DNA of 64,000 nucleotides from Acidobacteriota bacterium (GCA_965248695.1 CBDFKD010000002.1:2912001-2976000), one strand, 5' to 3'. Counted from the stretch's first letter, positions 27,097 to 37,377 are shown. Numbers and translations are program-made. Notes: generated by a model from the sequence alone, not told the origin.

Positions 27097-28658
27097 GGCC
27101 GGTCCTCCGAGGGGGGCAGATGGGGCGTTCGTGAGCGCGCCACACCCACCGCGCGGTTGTCGGGCACGAAGTAGAGCCGTGCGATCCGGGCTATGTCTTC
27201 CGCGGAGGCGTTGTCGCGCCCATCGAGGAATTCTTGAAGCGTCTGCCATCGGTCCATCGTCTGGAAGTGCCCGATCTCGAAGGCGAGGGCGCTCGAGTCT
27301 CTGGCGGTACGGTGCCACTGGGTGCGAAGCACCTTTTGGGCGCGGGCCACTTTGCCGGCGTCCGGAGGGGTCATCAGTAACTGGATCGTCTCTTCCAGCA
27401 GCGCTTCGGCCGCGCCCAACTTCCCTTCATCCGACAGGATCAGCTCGAAGTTGATCGTGCCGGGGACGCCGAAGCGCGCCGTGTGCACCACGCGCGTGTT
27501 CACGTTCACCCCGCCTGCGATCGCGGCGCCAGCGACTTTCTCGGTGAGCAGATCGGCGGCGACCTCGCCCAGCACATCGAAGAGGGGCCGATCGGGGTGG
27601 CCGACTGCCGGGATCTGATAGCGGAACTCCACTCGCGGTTCGATCTGGTCGTTGCGGTAGACGAGTCGACGCTCGGCACCGGGTAACGGTTCGACCGCGG
27701 GCGTCCGAGTGGGCTCGGGAGCGCGTTCCATCCACCCGAAGTAGTGCTCCACACGCGGGATCATCGCCTCGAGCGACACCCCGCCGACGAACACCAGCGT
27801 GGTGTTGTTCACCACGAAGTACTCCTCGTACATGGCCCGCTGCGAGGTGCGCGTGTACTCGCCGAAGTCGGTGCTGTAGCCCTCGGGCCAGAACACCGGA
27901 TGCACGATCCCCGACAGCGCGTTCATCTGCTCGTAGTACGGCGTCGAGGCGCTGTTCAGGTCGCCGAGACGTTGCTCCACGAGGATCATGCGCTCCTGCT
28001 CGAACTCCCGGAACACGGTGTTCGACATTCGATCCGCCTCGACCCGAAGGAACAGATCGACGCGATCGGCCGGCAGGGTGATGTCGAACTTCATGTACTC
28101 CTGCTCGGTGGTCGCGGTGAGGTCCGTTCCCCCGTAGGCCTGGTACCACTTGCCGGTGGCGCCGCTCTCCCGGTACTTCGCAGTCTGCCGCTCGAGCTCC
28201 GCCAGCTCGTCGAGCAGCTCGTCCATGGTCGATGTGCTTTCAACATGGCGGTAGTCGTCGATGATGCCGCGTTGCCGGATGGCGTTCCTGGCTCGGTTCT
28301 TCTCTTCGATCAACTGGTCTTCGAGCTCCCACATCCGTTCGCGGATCGGCCGTTCAGCTTCCCAGTCGGTCGAGCCCAGCGTCGGGGTGCCCTTGAACAT
28401 CATGTGTTCCTGGAAGTGCGCCGCTCCGAGCAGCCCTGGCACTTCGTGAATCGCGCCCATGTCCGTGAAGATCTTGCAGGTCACCCTGGGGTCGTCGCTG
28501 CGCTCCAGAACGAGCAGACGGAGACCGTTGTCGAAGACATGCTCTCGAATGGGCAGGTCGTAGTTGGACTGAGCGGCGGACGTTCCAGGGATCGCGGCAA
28601 GGACGATGGGCAGCGTCAACAGAGTCCAGCGGACAAGGGCACGACGGGAACGATTCAT
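27093..28658 (-). CDS. M16 (pitrilysin) zinc peptidase, catalytic subunit
   Basis: AGGAG RBS; signal peptide; FDNGLRLLV; GAAHFQEHMMFKGT (HxxEH); EADRM. Confidence 0.88.
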   Translation of the reverse strand: MNRSRRALVRWTLLTLPIVLAAIPGTSAAQSNYDLPIREHVFDNGLRLLVLERSDDPRVTCKIFTDMGAIHEVPGLLGAAHFQEHMMFKGTPTLGSTDWEAERPIRERMWELEDQLIEEKNRARNAIRQRGIIDDYRHVESTSTMDELLDELAELERQTAKYRESGATGKWYQAYGGTDLTATTEQEYMKFDITLPADRVDLFLRVEADRMSNTVFREFEQERMILVEQRLGDLNSASTPYYEQMNALSGIVHPVFWPEGYSTDFGEYTRTSQRAMYEEYFVVNNTTLVFVGGVSLEAMIPRVEHYFGWMERAPEPTRTPAVEPLPGAERRLVYRNDQIEPRVEFRYQIPAVGHPDRPLFDVLGEVAADLLTEKVAGAAIAGGVNVNTRVVHTARFGVPGTINFELILSDEGKLGAAEALLEETIQLLMTPPDAGKVARAQKVLRTQWHRTARDSSALAFEIGHFQTMDRWQTLQEFLDGRDNASAEDIARIARLYFVPDNRAVGVARSRTPHLPPSEDRP

Positions 28659-28689
28659 GAAGGCTCCTGAGGATTCTCTTTGGATCGTG

Positions 28690-28709
28690 CTTTCACCACA
28701 GTCGGCTAG
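28690..28709 (-). repeat. Degenerate copy of CTAG-anchored IS-end-like motif
   Basis: Minus strand CTAGCCGACTGTGGTGAAAG, 16/20 identical to the copy at 32550. Confidence 0.4.
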
Positions 28710-29060
28710 CTCCTGCAGGGATACGGCGGCCTCTGAAGACCCTCGCTCAGAGGCAGGCGATGTTACGCCCACCCCGGCGGGGCCCGCAAACTCGGCGCGA
28801 GAGCCGTTCGCCGCCCGTAGCCCACCGCGAGGTGTGCGATTCTCCCCTAGCCGGCGAGTCCGTCACCGCAAACAGCTTGAGCTGTTCGACTCATCCGCCG
28901 CGCCGCTCGTAGATCTCGCGGCCGCGGTGTTGACGTTGCGCGGCTGGACTCGCTACGCTGCGCCGTCCGAGAAGACACCATCGAGCTGCTGGCGCGGTGA
29001 GAGCGCAGGGCAATGCTCCTGCCACCGAGCAAGCTGGCCACCGGGAGGGAAACGATCGTG

Positions 29061-29936
29061 ATGAAGGGTGCTGTTGCGTTGGGACTGCTAGCCGCGTTTG
29101 TTGCATTGAACGCTGAGAACCCCAAGCCGGAGCACGGAGCCTCCACCAGTGGCCAGGAGTTGAGGGCTTCCAGCGGTAAGCTCGAGTTCAGGTCTTCCAG
29201 CAGTAGTGAGATGATCAACTCTGAAGAGCCATGGCCAGCTAGGTTGTTCCCGGATGTCAACCTGAGCTTCCTTACCGAGGGCTTCTCGACGGACGATGGC
29301 TCGGAGAACTCGATCCGCTGCACTGCCAAGGTGCGGGATGGCGGGAAGGGACGCAAGGGGGTGAAGATCACGTTCGACGGCGAGATCGTCGACCTCAACA
29401 ACAACCCCGTGGTTGGTCTGCCGACTACGTCCGGTAAGACCGATAAGGACGGCAATCTCGAGATCGACTTTCCCCTGGACGATCTACCCGGCGGGGACCT
29501 CGCGGTGATCATCGAGGGGACTTTCACCACCAGGAAACCGATGGACTCCGCGAAAGTCGAGTGCGCCTCCCGTAACCGTATGCCATGCCAGGACGGCCCG
29601 GAAACCTTGTGCCTTCTCGACGACGCGCGCTTCAAGGTCGAAGTGGATTGGACAAGCTCCAACTCGTCCGGAACGGGACAGGTGGTGACTTCTGGTCCTA
29701 ATCAAGGGATCTTTTACTTCTTCAACCCCAACAGCCAAGACCTCCTGGTGCAGCTGCTCGAGGCATGCGGCAACAACGATCACTTCTGGGTCTTTTTCCA
29801 GCCTTTCACCCAAGTCGATTTCGACATGACGGTTACCGATACGGAGACGGGCCAGATTCGGACCTACGGCGACAACTCCGCCGGGAATCCCTTTCAGGCG
29901 GTTACCGATACCAGTGCCTTTGCCACCTGTCCGTGA
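29061..29936 (+). CDS. Secreted protein: Ig-like segment plus Cys-rich acidobacterial-type C-terminal domain
   Basis: GGGAGG RBS; signal peptide; GKTDKDG Ig-like motif; C-terminus LCL...RFKVEVDW...FYFF.P...LLVQLLEAC..N.HFWVF...VTDTETG...DTSAFATCP. Confidence 0.75.
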   Translation: MKGAVALGLLAAFVALNAENPKPEHGASTSGQELRASSGKLEFRSSSSSEMINSEEPWPARLFPDVNLSFLTEGFSTDDGSENSIRCTAKVRDGGKGRKGVKITFDGEIVDLNNNPVVGLPTTSGKTDKDGNLEIDFPLDDLPGGDLAVIIEGTFTTRKPMDSAKVECASRNRMPCQDGPETLCLLDDARFKVEVDWTSSNSSGTGQVVTSGPNQGIFYFFNPNSQDLLVQLLEACGNNDHFWVFFQPFTQVDFDMTVTDTETGQIRTYGDNSAGNPFQAVTDTSAFATCP

Positions 29937-30002
29937 TCGCACGATCCGGCGACGTAACCGGATACGGAATCACGTAGCGCAAGCCGGGACGATTGCCTGT
30001 GC

Positions 30003-30143
30003 CTACGGATCCGTAGGCGCGAGCCGCTTCAACTCCTTGAAGTCTTCTCGCTCGTAGATCACGCGTCCGTCGAACAGGGTCATCTCCACAACGGCCTGGT
30101 GAATCGTCAACGGCGGTACTTCGAAGAGGTTCCGACTCGACAT
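30003..30143 (-). pseudogene. Second orphan C-terminal fragment of an amidohydrolase-3 gene
   Basis: Hand translation MSSRNLFEVPPLTIHQAVVEMTLFDGRVIYEREDFKELKRLAPTDP*; resembles VPP..I...V.MT..DGR..Y at the end of the intact gene at 46886. Confidence 0.6.
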
Positions 30144-30354
30144 CGAGTTCGATGCCAAGGTTGCCAACTACGCGTCGCTCGAAACCGCGATGAAGGCGAG
30201 AACGAGACGACCGTCGGTGTTCAACGCGGAGCGGTCTCGACGCGCTCAAAGTGCTGATCGATCCAGTCGACCCAACGTCGTCGCAGGTCCCGCCGGTGCA
30301 CCGGGTCTGACGGGAAGTGCCCGCTCACGATCATGACGAGGCGCAAAGATCGAC

Positions 30355-31158
30355 TCAACCGGCCGCGCCCGGACCGGTATCGTCTTTCACTGGCACCGTG
30401 TAGTTGAGCGGCAGGCGACCGCCATCCGGATACACCGTCTGACCGGTGACGTACGAGGCGTAGTCGCTGGCCAGAAACACCGCCACTCGCGCGACCTCCT
30501 CAGGCTCACCGACACGACCCAACGGCGTGCGCGACAGGATCGACCGACGCGACTCCTCGTTGGTCATCACCTCGCCCAGCATGTCGGTTGCGATCGAGCC
30601 CGGACCGATAGCGTTGACGCGGATCCGATGCGGCGCGAGCCGGATCGCCATCGCGCGCGTTAGCTGCATGATGCCGCCTTTCGACACCGCGTAGGGAAGC
30701 TGATCGGGGATCGCTACCACGGCATTGGTCGACGACATATTGATGATCGCGCCCTCGATACTCCGGTCGACCATGTGTCGCGCCACCAGCCTGCTGAGCA
30801 GGAACGTGCCACGCAGATTGACCGAGAGAACGCGGTCAAAGTCCTCGATCGACGCGTCGAGGATCGAGCCGGCGACGATGATGCCGGCGTTGTTGACCAG
30901 GAGGTCGCATTGACCGAAGCGGTCGATGCACGCGGCAAGCAGGCGCTCGCACTGTTCCGGCTCGCTGATGTCGGCGGTGACAGCCAGCGTTGGCGTGCCG
31001 GCGGCCGCGGCGATCTCGTCGGCGGTAGCATGGCACGCGTCCCCGGCTACGTCAGCGAGCACGACGGCGGCGCCATGCTCTGCGAACGCCCTGGCGCATG
31101 CCGCCCCGATACCACGAGCGGCGCCGGTTACGATGGCGCTTTTGTCGTCGAGATTCAT
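30355..31158 (-). CDS. Classical short-chain dehydrogenase/reductase (SDR)
   Basis: TGAARGIG, LVNNAGI, catalytic YAVSK, IRVNAIGPG, VTGQTVYPDGG. Confidence 0.95.
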   Translation of the reverse strand: MNLDDKSAIVTGAARGIGAACARAFAEHGAAVVLADVAGDACHATADEIAAAAGTPTLAVTADISEPEQCERLLAACIDRFGQCDLLVNNAGIIVAGSILDASIEDFDRVLSVNLRGTFLLSRLVARHMVDRSIEGAIINMSSTNAVVAIPDQLPYAVSKGGIMQLTRAMAIRLAPHRIRVNAIGPGSIATDMLGEVMTNEESRRSILSRTPLGRVGEPEEVARVAVFLASDYASYVTGQTVYPDGGRLPLNYTVPVKDDTGPGAAG

Positions 31159-31341
31159 CGTGACCCTTGTGACCTACACCGGCGAAACAAGTTGGCGGGC
31201 GTCAGAAATGGAACGATCCCTCCCGACGGGGTATGAGCGGTATCTGCCTGGAGCGCCCGACGGCCTGGTCATGAGCGTTTGCACGGCGGAGACCGGGCAC
31301 TGGCAACGTCAGTCGCCAGGCGACGCTAGCCGCTCACCGAC

Positions 31342-32463
31342 TCAACTAGTAGGGGGCGCGCCGAAGCGCTTCGCGAGCATCTTGTACCAGTCGCGGAACG
31401 GTCCGGTGGTGTTTTGCCAGAACGTCCGGTACTCGTCCTGCATCCCGGGGCCAAGGCCCCAGGGCGTATGTTCGTCGGTCTCGGGGATGTAGAGAGTCCC
31501 GAACATCCGGTCATAGATGCTGGTGACCGCCGCCATGTTCGTGTTCCAGTGCTTTCTCGCATAGCTGTGGTGCGTGTGATGCATCGCCGGGCTTTGGATC
31601 CAGCGCTCGAGCCAGCGCGGGTATCGGAACTGGACGTGATAGTGGCGGAAGGCACCGTTGAAGCCGAATAACAGCGAAAACACGCTGACGTTCAGTATCG
31701 TGGCGCGTGTAATCCCGCCGTTGAACAGGTAGGCGAATACTCCAGCGGCCATCGCGTAGCTGAACGCCGACCCTGCCGCCCAGATCGGGCCGGCCAGGAA
31801 ATGCTCACGGGACCGCGTCCACGGCGTCAAAACTTCCGCCGAGTGATGCACTTTATGGATCGCCCATAGTGCCGGGTACGTGTGCATGCACCAGTGGATG
31901 GCGTAGAACATGAGGTCGTAGGCGAGCAGGGCAACCAGGCTGTAGAGCACCATCCACGCAACGCTGACCTGCAACGCCGGGGTCTCGCCGAACACGAACT
32001 GCATTGACGCGATGACAGATTGTTCGGTGTACGGAGCTATGGTGGCGAACAGCGACACCGCCCAGAGGGGACGTAGCGAGCGTTCGAGTATCCAGAGCCA
32101 TATATCGACCCGCGCCGAGACGTGCGTGTAGATGTCTTTGGGCAACAAGAAATTCAACAGGCCGGTCTTTCTCTCTCGACCTTCGGCGTTCTTCGAGCCA
32201 TGACCGCGGCGAACGAAGAAAATCAGGCTGGCGACAAATACGATGAACAGGATCCTTCGCCAGTGGAGATCGCCGGGCACATTGGTTGACGTGATCTGCC
32301 ACACGACGCTCGCGGCGCGCTGCGTGATATCGGTGAACGGGCCGAGGATCTGCCCGGCGCCTTCCGCCGCGCCAGTCTCGACGTCGACTTGCGGCGCGAA
32401 TGCTCCCGAAGCGAACCAGAGCAGCAAACCCGCTATGAATAGCAAACCGACAGTACGGCGCAT
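31342..32463 (-). CDS. Sterol desaturase / fatty acid hydroxylase superfamily membrane di-iron enzyme
   Basis: His boxes HWCMH, HKVHH, FRHY, HHTHH; TM helices; YDRMFGTLY. Confidence 0.9.
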   Translation of the reverse strand: MRRTVGLLFIAGLLLWFASGAFAPQVDVETGAAEGAGQILGPFTDITQRAASVVWQITSTNVPGDLHWRRILFIVFVASLIFFVRRGHGSKNAEGRERKTGLLNFLLPKDIYTHVSARVDIWLWILERSLRPLWAVSLFATIAPYTEQSVIASMQFVFGETPALQVSVAWMVLYSLVALLAYDLMFYAIHWCMHTYPALWAIHKVHHSAEVLTPWTRSREHFLAGPIWAAGSAFSYAMAAGVFAYLFNGGITRATILNVSVFSLLFGFNGAFRHYHVQFRYPRWLERWIQSPAMHHTHHSYARKHWNTNMAAVTSIYDRMFGTLYIPETDEHTPWGLGPGMQDEYRTFWQNTTGPFRDWYKMLAKRFGAPPTS

Positions 32464-32549
32464 CACTACCTCTGAGGTTGGAATCGCATCGGGTCGAACG
32501 CTAGCACGTAGCTCTGGCAGCAAGGAAGGGACCGCTCGCGGAAACGCCT

Positions 32550-32574
32550 CTAGCAGGCCGTGGTGGAAGTGTGG
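32550..32574 (+). repeat. CTAG-anchored IS-end-like motif, copy 1
   Basis: CTAGCAGGCCGTGGTGGAAGTGTGG; 23/25 identical to the reverse complement of 51418-51442. Confidence 0.6.
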
Positions 32575-32678
32575 CGGGCCTGCGTTGGATCTCGCACCCT
32601 CCAACGATAGGCTTCATGCGCTTCCCAACAGCCCGCCGCAAGTGCCGTGGATCCCGTGCAGCGATCGAGGAGAAGTTG

Positions 32679-34007
32679 ATGAGAGGAGCCCCATCGTCGC
32701 GCCATAGAGCCCGCTTCGTCATCGGTTCTGTCCTGCTGTCGCTGTGTCTCGGGGCCCAATGGACCGCCGACAGGCGCGGCAGCGACAACATCGAGGTCGT
32801 CGCTCACGTACCGCTGGGCGGCGACTCGGTGGCCGACATCGAGATCGAGCAGGACCTCGATCGTCCTTATGCGTACGTCAGCCGCGATGCCTTCAACGGT
32901 AACGAGCGCGGCATGGACATCATCGACCTGCGCGATCCGGCAAAGGCGTCGGTGCTGTACCGCTGGCGAATCGAGGACCAGGATCTGCACATCGGCGGCG
33001 GCCTCGACGTCAAGTTGTTCGAATGGAACAACCGCCACTACGTGGTGCAGTCGTTCCAGTTCCGACAGGGGGGGCCGAACGCCGATCTCGGCGCCATCGT
33101 CTTCGACGTGACCGATCTACCGGACGTGTCGACGGTGCGCGAAGTCGGCCGCATTCGCGTCCCCGACACGCCGGGCGGCTTCCACAACATCTTCATCTAC
33201 AAGCACACCAACGGGCGAGTGCTTCTGTTCACCACCGCCAGCGCACCGCACTCGCTGGTCTTCGACCTCGGGTACATCATCGACGGTGTCGGAGGCGAGG
33301 GTGGACGGGATGCGCTGGTCGCCAGGGTTCCGGTAGGGATGCCCGGGGAGAGCATCCTGCGGGGGTACCACGACATGTACGTCGGCTACCACCCGGACAC
33401 CTCCCAGGATCGTTTCTACGGCGGCGGCACCGGCGGCTACTACGTGTACAACGTCACCGACCTGGAGAATCCGACGCTGGAGGTCTCGCTGACAGGCATC
33501 GACGGTGTGCAGTTCGGCCACACGTTCACACCTTCACCGGACGGTCGCTACGTCATCGCCGAGACCGAGTATCAGTACGCACCCCTGCGCATCTTCGATC
33601 TCCAGCCGGCACTCGACGGGGAAGCTCAGAACATTCGCGAACCGATCTCCGCCTGGACCGCCGACTGGCGTCACCTGGTGCACAACCACGAGGTCCGCTG
33701 GCCGTACGTCTTCGTTTCCGGCTACGTCGACGGTCTGCAGGTGTTCACGCTGTCCGACCCGCACGACCCACAGACGATCGCCTGGTACGACACCTACCTG
33801 CCGAAGGTAGGCAGCGACAACTCCCGCATCGTCTGGGGCGCGTTCGGCGTCGACGTGCGCAATGCCGACGGGTTGATCGTCGTTTCCGATGCCTATTCCG
33901 GTTTCTGGGCCTTCCGCATGGAGGGTTTCAGCGGCTGGAACGGCAACGATTGGGGGGTGCCGGACATCTCCAGCGTGCAGAAATGGGACACGGGACCAGC
34001 CCAATGA
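32679..34007 (+). CDS. Secreted LVIVD-repeat beta-propeller protein, paralog 1
   Basis: GAGGAG RBS; GMDIIDL.DP, AIVFDVTDLP, YYVYNVTDL, LRIFDL blades; FHNIF, YHD, GHTF, VHNHEVRWP. Confidence 0.75.
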   Translation: MRGAPSSRHRARFVIGSVLLSLCLGAQWTADRRGSDNIEVVAHVPLGGDSVADIEIEQDLDRPYAYVSRDAFNGNERGMDIIDLRDPAKASVLYRWRIEDQDLHIGGGLDVKLFEWNNRHYVVQSFQFRQGGPNADLGAIVFDVTDLPDVSTVREVGRIRVPDTPGGFHNIFIYKHTNGRVLLFTTASAPHSLVFDLGYIIDGVGGEGGRDALVARVPVGMPGESILRGYHDMYVGYHPDTSQDRFYGGGTGGYYVYNVTDLENPTLEVSLTGIDGVQFGHTFTPSPDGRYVIAETEYQYAPLRIFDLQPALDGEAQNIREPISAWTADWRHLVHNHEVRWPYVFVSGYVDGLQVFTLSDPHDPQTIAWYDTYLPKVGSDNSRIVWGAFGVDVRNADGLIVVSDAYSGFWAFRMEGFSGWNGNDWGVPDISSVQKWDTGPAQ

Positions 34008-34025
34008 GGTGCTCGCTACTTCGCG

Positions 34026-34646
34026 CTACTTGCCGCGCCGGCGGCGAACGCGCATGCCGTCCAGGACGGTTCGGGTCGTCTGCTGAATAAGCGCCTCGAT
34101 GTCGTCGCCAGGCTGGGTCTGTCCTTCGAGCACCAGAGACGCCAGCCCGTGCACCGCGCTCCAGGCGACGTAGGCCTGCGCTCGGGGATCCTGACGTTTG
34201 ATCGCGCCGCTGCGCTGGTGCGCCCGGATCACGCCCACCAGTTCTTCGAAAAGACCGCTTGCGGCCTCCTGTAGCTCGGGGACGTCCTCGCGAATGAGCG
34301 CCTCCTTGCCGTACATGAGGCGGTAGTGCGCCGGATTCTCCAGGGCGAAGCGGACGTACTCCTCACCCATCCGCCGGAACTGTTCGACGCTGGATCGCGG
34401 TGCGCCCGCCTGGATGCTCTGCACGCGCTCCTTGAGGCGTGTGAACCCGGCCGCGGCAACCGCGACCAGAAGCGCATTCTTGTCCGCGAAGTGACGGTAT
34501 GCGGCGGCCCGAGACACGCCCAGGCGAGCGCCGATCGCGCGCATCGTCACACTGGCCGCACCGCCTTCGGTAATCATGGCCGCCGCTTCCGCAAGCAGCG
34601 CCGCTCGAAGGTCGCCATGGTGGTACGCGCCGGTCCGGTCGGTCAT
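34026..34646 (-). CDS. TetR/AcrR family transcriptional regulator (WHG-type C-domain)
   Basis: YHHGDLRAALL; HTH TMRAIGARLGVSRAAAYRHF; WSAVHGLASL. Confidence 0.95.
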   Translation of the reverse strand: MTDRTGAYHHGDLRAALLAEAAAMITEGGAASVTMRAIGARLGVSRAAAYRHFADKNALLVAVAAAGFTRLKERVQSIQAGAPRSSVEQFRRMGEEYVRFALENPAHYRLMYGKEALIREDVPELQEAASGLFEELVGVIRAHQRSGAIKRQDPRAQAYVAWSAVHGLASLVLEGQTQPGDDIEALIQQTTRTVLDGMRVRRRRGK

Positions 34647-34707
34647 GCGTCGGTCCCGACAATGCCAACGGCATCCACATCTGAGCCATTTTGATCGCTG
34701 TGTTGAT

Positions 34708-36561
34708 TCACGTTGCCGGTCTCTGATCAGCTTTCACGATTGACTGCATGTACAGCGTCTCCTGCAGAGCAAGGAGATACCTCGCAACCTCGGGATCGGG
34801 CGAATCTACGACAATCCTGATAACCCCTGTCTCAGTCTTGGACATCCTGAACCAGATGAAGTGCTGCCGGCCGCTAGTATCAGTCAACAAGACCTTAAAA
34901 CCGCCGGTGTTCGTCTTTCTGCTGTTCCTACCGCGCAGGAGCTCCGTTTCCTCGTAGTTAAGGAACTCGTGCGTCGCGAATTCCAGTCCGCCGAGGCCCT
35001 TGAGGCTGAAATGATCCCCAGCGCGTTGCTTGGCGGCAATGAAGAACTCTTCGAAAGCCTGCTTGATGACACCTTGAGAAGCCTCGCCGGTGCCGGCCTT
35101 CAAGTCGCTCTGAATCGTGCTGAACGCCGGAGAAGCTGCCAAAATGCTCGGCAGCAGCGGGGACCCGGATCCAATCTGGAGCTCGAACCGTCGCCGCAGT
35201 TCGCCGGCGAGTGCCGAGTTCGCCAACATCAGGATCGCTAGCAGCCCTGTCAGGGTGCCATCCCGGACCTGGCTGCCAAAGAAGACCGCACCACCGTTAG
35301 AACCCTCAACGCCGATGGGCGCGAAGAAACCCTGACGGTTCAATTCGGACATGCGACGCACGACGTTGACTTCACCGGTTTCAACCCCGACGGTCTGGGC
35401 TCCGAATATCGAAGCTACAGCGTCCACGCGGCCGCTGGTTGCCCCGTGCGCTACTACCGCCAATTGGCTACCACCCACCTCGGGATATCGATCAGGATGC
35501 GACATTACCCAGGCGAGCATCCCGGCAACGTTGAGCTTCGCGACGTCCTGAGGATGCAGCGCACCTACGTTGCCGGCCACGTTCGTGGCGACGAGGTTGC
35601 CGCGGTCTCCATCTGCATCGAGAACAACCCCGAAGTCGGCGCCGGACGCGTCGACCGTCCGGATAGCATCCGCCAGTCCATCGGCAACCGGTTCGATCCG
35701 ATGGACGAATCTCCCCGGCCTGGTGTTGATGGCGACAACCTCGATGAAGTCGTCGAGGATCGCGGGCACGATCTCTGAGGCACCGCCGCCATTCGTGTCG
35801 ACTACGATCCTGCGTTCCATTTTCCGATTGGTGGCGCGAATCTCCCGGACGTCTTGCTCGGACAGTCTGAAAATGTTCCGTGTCTCTTGCCGGTAGCCCT
35901 CCAGCTCGGATCGGACGGGTGCGGTGGGGCCGCGGTACGCGTTGGCCCGCTCGGCCAGCTGCAACCGGCCTGCGCCAATCTGGCGAAGCCGTTGTCTGGC
36001 TGCTCCAATCACCGTCCCCATCTTTGAGCCGTTCAGGACGCCGCCCCGGTCATTCGTGCTGTTGCACTCCGGCTCGTGCTTGCCGGTCAGGTACTTGATG
36101 CCGTTGTCTGATACCGGATTGTGCGACCCGGTGACCATCGCCCCACCATCCGCTCCCAGGGTCCGTACGGCCGATTGCAACGCCGGTGTGGTCGTTACGC
36201 CGAGATCGATCAGTTCCGTCTCGATCGCCGCATCATCTCCCGCGAGCTTGAAGCCGATTTGTTGGAGATGCAGCAGAGCGGGACTTGTCGGGCGGGGATC
36301 CCGACCGAGAACGAACCTGAATCGGTTCTGTTTCCGACCCGTTCGCCGCCAGCGCTCGATGACATTCTCCACGTAGCTGTAGGCGTAGGCCAGGGCGACG
36401 ACCTTTGCCTCGTCGGAAATTTGCGCACACTCTCCGAAGTGTCCACGCACTCCTGAATAGGAGGCCACGAACTGCAGGGGTGGCTCATCCGCACACGTAA
36501 CGGTCGCGCGATCGAGGGTCGCCGTATCAATGAGCATGTCGGCAGAGCGCGATTGGCTCAC
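34708..36561 (-). CDS. Alpha-D-phosphohexomutase superfamily protein (divergent PGM/PMM/GlmM-like)
   Basis: LGRDPRPTS; phosphoserine loop TGSHNP; metal loop DADGDR; sugar loop GVEGSNGG; WFRMSKTE. Confidence 0.85.
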   Translation of the reverse strand: MSQSRSADMLIDTATLDRATVTCADEPPLQFVASYSGVRGHFGECAQISDEAKVVALAYAYSYVENVIERWRRTGRKQNRFRFVLGRDPRPTSPALLHLQQIGFKLAGDDAAIETELIDLGVTTTPALQSAVRTLGADGGAMVTGSHNPVSDNGIKYLTGKHEPECNSTNDRGGVLNGSKMGTVIGAARQRLRQIGAGRLQLAERANAYRGPTAPVRSELEGYRQETRNIFRLSEQDVREIRATNRKMERRIVVDTNGGGASEIVPAILDDFIEVVAINTRPGRFVHRIEPVADGLADAIRTVDASGADFGVVLDADGDRGNLVATNVAGNVGALHPQDVAKLNVAGMLAWVMSHPDRYPEVGGSQLAVVAHGATSGRVDAVASIFGAQTVGVETGEVNVVRRMSELNRQGFFAPIGVEGSNGGAVFFGSQVRDGTLTGLLAILMLANSALAGELRRRFELQIGSGSPLLPSILAASPAFSTIQSDLKAGTGEASQGVIKQAFEEFFIAAKQRAGDHFSLKGLGGLEFATHEFLNYEETELLRGRNSRKTNTGGFKVLLTDTSGRQHFIWFRMSKTETGVIRIVVDSPDPEVARYLLALQETLYMQSIVKADQRPAT

Positions 36562-36582
36562 AGACCCGCCTTCACACTGCCG

Positions 36583-37371
36583 CTAGGCTTCCTGCTTTTG
36601 CCAATCGGGCCTGCCATCGTAAACCCACCGGTAGTAGTCCGTGTTGCGCAGCTTCGACGCGGCCGTCTCGTCCAGAATGAGCCGGGTGTGCGGGTGAAGC
36701 TGCAGGATCGATGCCGGCACCGAGGCTGTGATCGGACCCTCGACGGCTCCCGCAACGGCCTCTGCTTTCGACTCACCGAAGGCCAGTAGGAGGCACTGCC
36801 GAGCCTCCATTATGGTGCCGATACCCATCGTAACGACGTGCGTGGGCACTTCTGCGGAGTCGCCGAAGAAGCGACTATTGTCCTCGATCGTCTGCCGGGT
36901 GAGCGTCTTGATGCGCGTCCTGGACGCTAGCGACGAGGAGGGCTCGTTGAATCCGATGTGGCCGTCCCGGCCGATTCCGAGTATCTGCAGGTCAATCCCT
37001 CCGGCTTCGTGGATGCGCTTCTCATACTCCTCGCAGGCTCGGGGCAGGTCAGCCGTAAGCCCGTCCGGAACATGGGTCGATGCCTTCGCCAGATTCACGC
37101 GACTGAACAGAGAGTCCTGCATGACGCTGCGGTATGACGCCGGATGTTCGGACTGCAGGCCGACGTATTCGTCCAGATTGAAAGTGGATACCTGAGCCAG
37201 GTCGAGGCCCTCCTCGTTGTGCATCCGTACGAGCTCTCCGTACAGAAGCATCGGCGTCGCTCCTGTAGCCAGACCCAGCACTGCATGCGGTTTCTGGCGA
37301 ATGAGGCGCGCCACGATGTGTCCGGCCAGGCGGCTGGATGTTTCGGGATCGGGTTGAATGATGACTTCCAT
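36583..37371 (-). CDS. nagB: Glucosamine-6-phosphate deaminase
   Basis: VLGLATGATP, TFNLDEYVGL, GGIDLQILGIGRDGHIGFNEP, TMGIGTIM, PASILQLH. Confidence 0.96.
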   Translation of the reverse strand: MEVIIQPDPETSSRLAGHIVARLIRQKPHAVLGLATGATPMLLYGELVRMHNEEGLDLAQVSTFNLDEYVGLQSEHPASYRSVMQDSLFSRVNLAKASTHVPDGLTADLPRACEEYEKRIHEAGGIDLQILGIGRDGHIGFNEPSSSLASRTRIKTLTRQTIEDNSRFFGDSAEVPTHVVTMGIGTIMEARQCLLLAFGESKAEAVAGAVEGPITASVPASILQLHPHTRLILDETAASKLRNTDYYRWVYDGRPDWQKQEA

Positions 37372-37377
37372 AATCGA

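Noticed and set aside
28770-28830. GCAAAC-CGGC-GAGA-GCCG segment resembling a c-di-GMP-I (GEMM) riboswitch
   Set aside because: The following GACGCAAAGC element and second stem are missing; only an Infernal scan could rescue it
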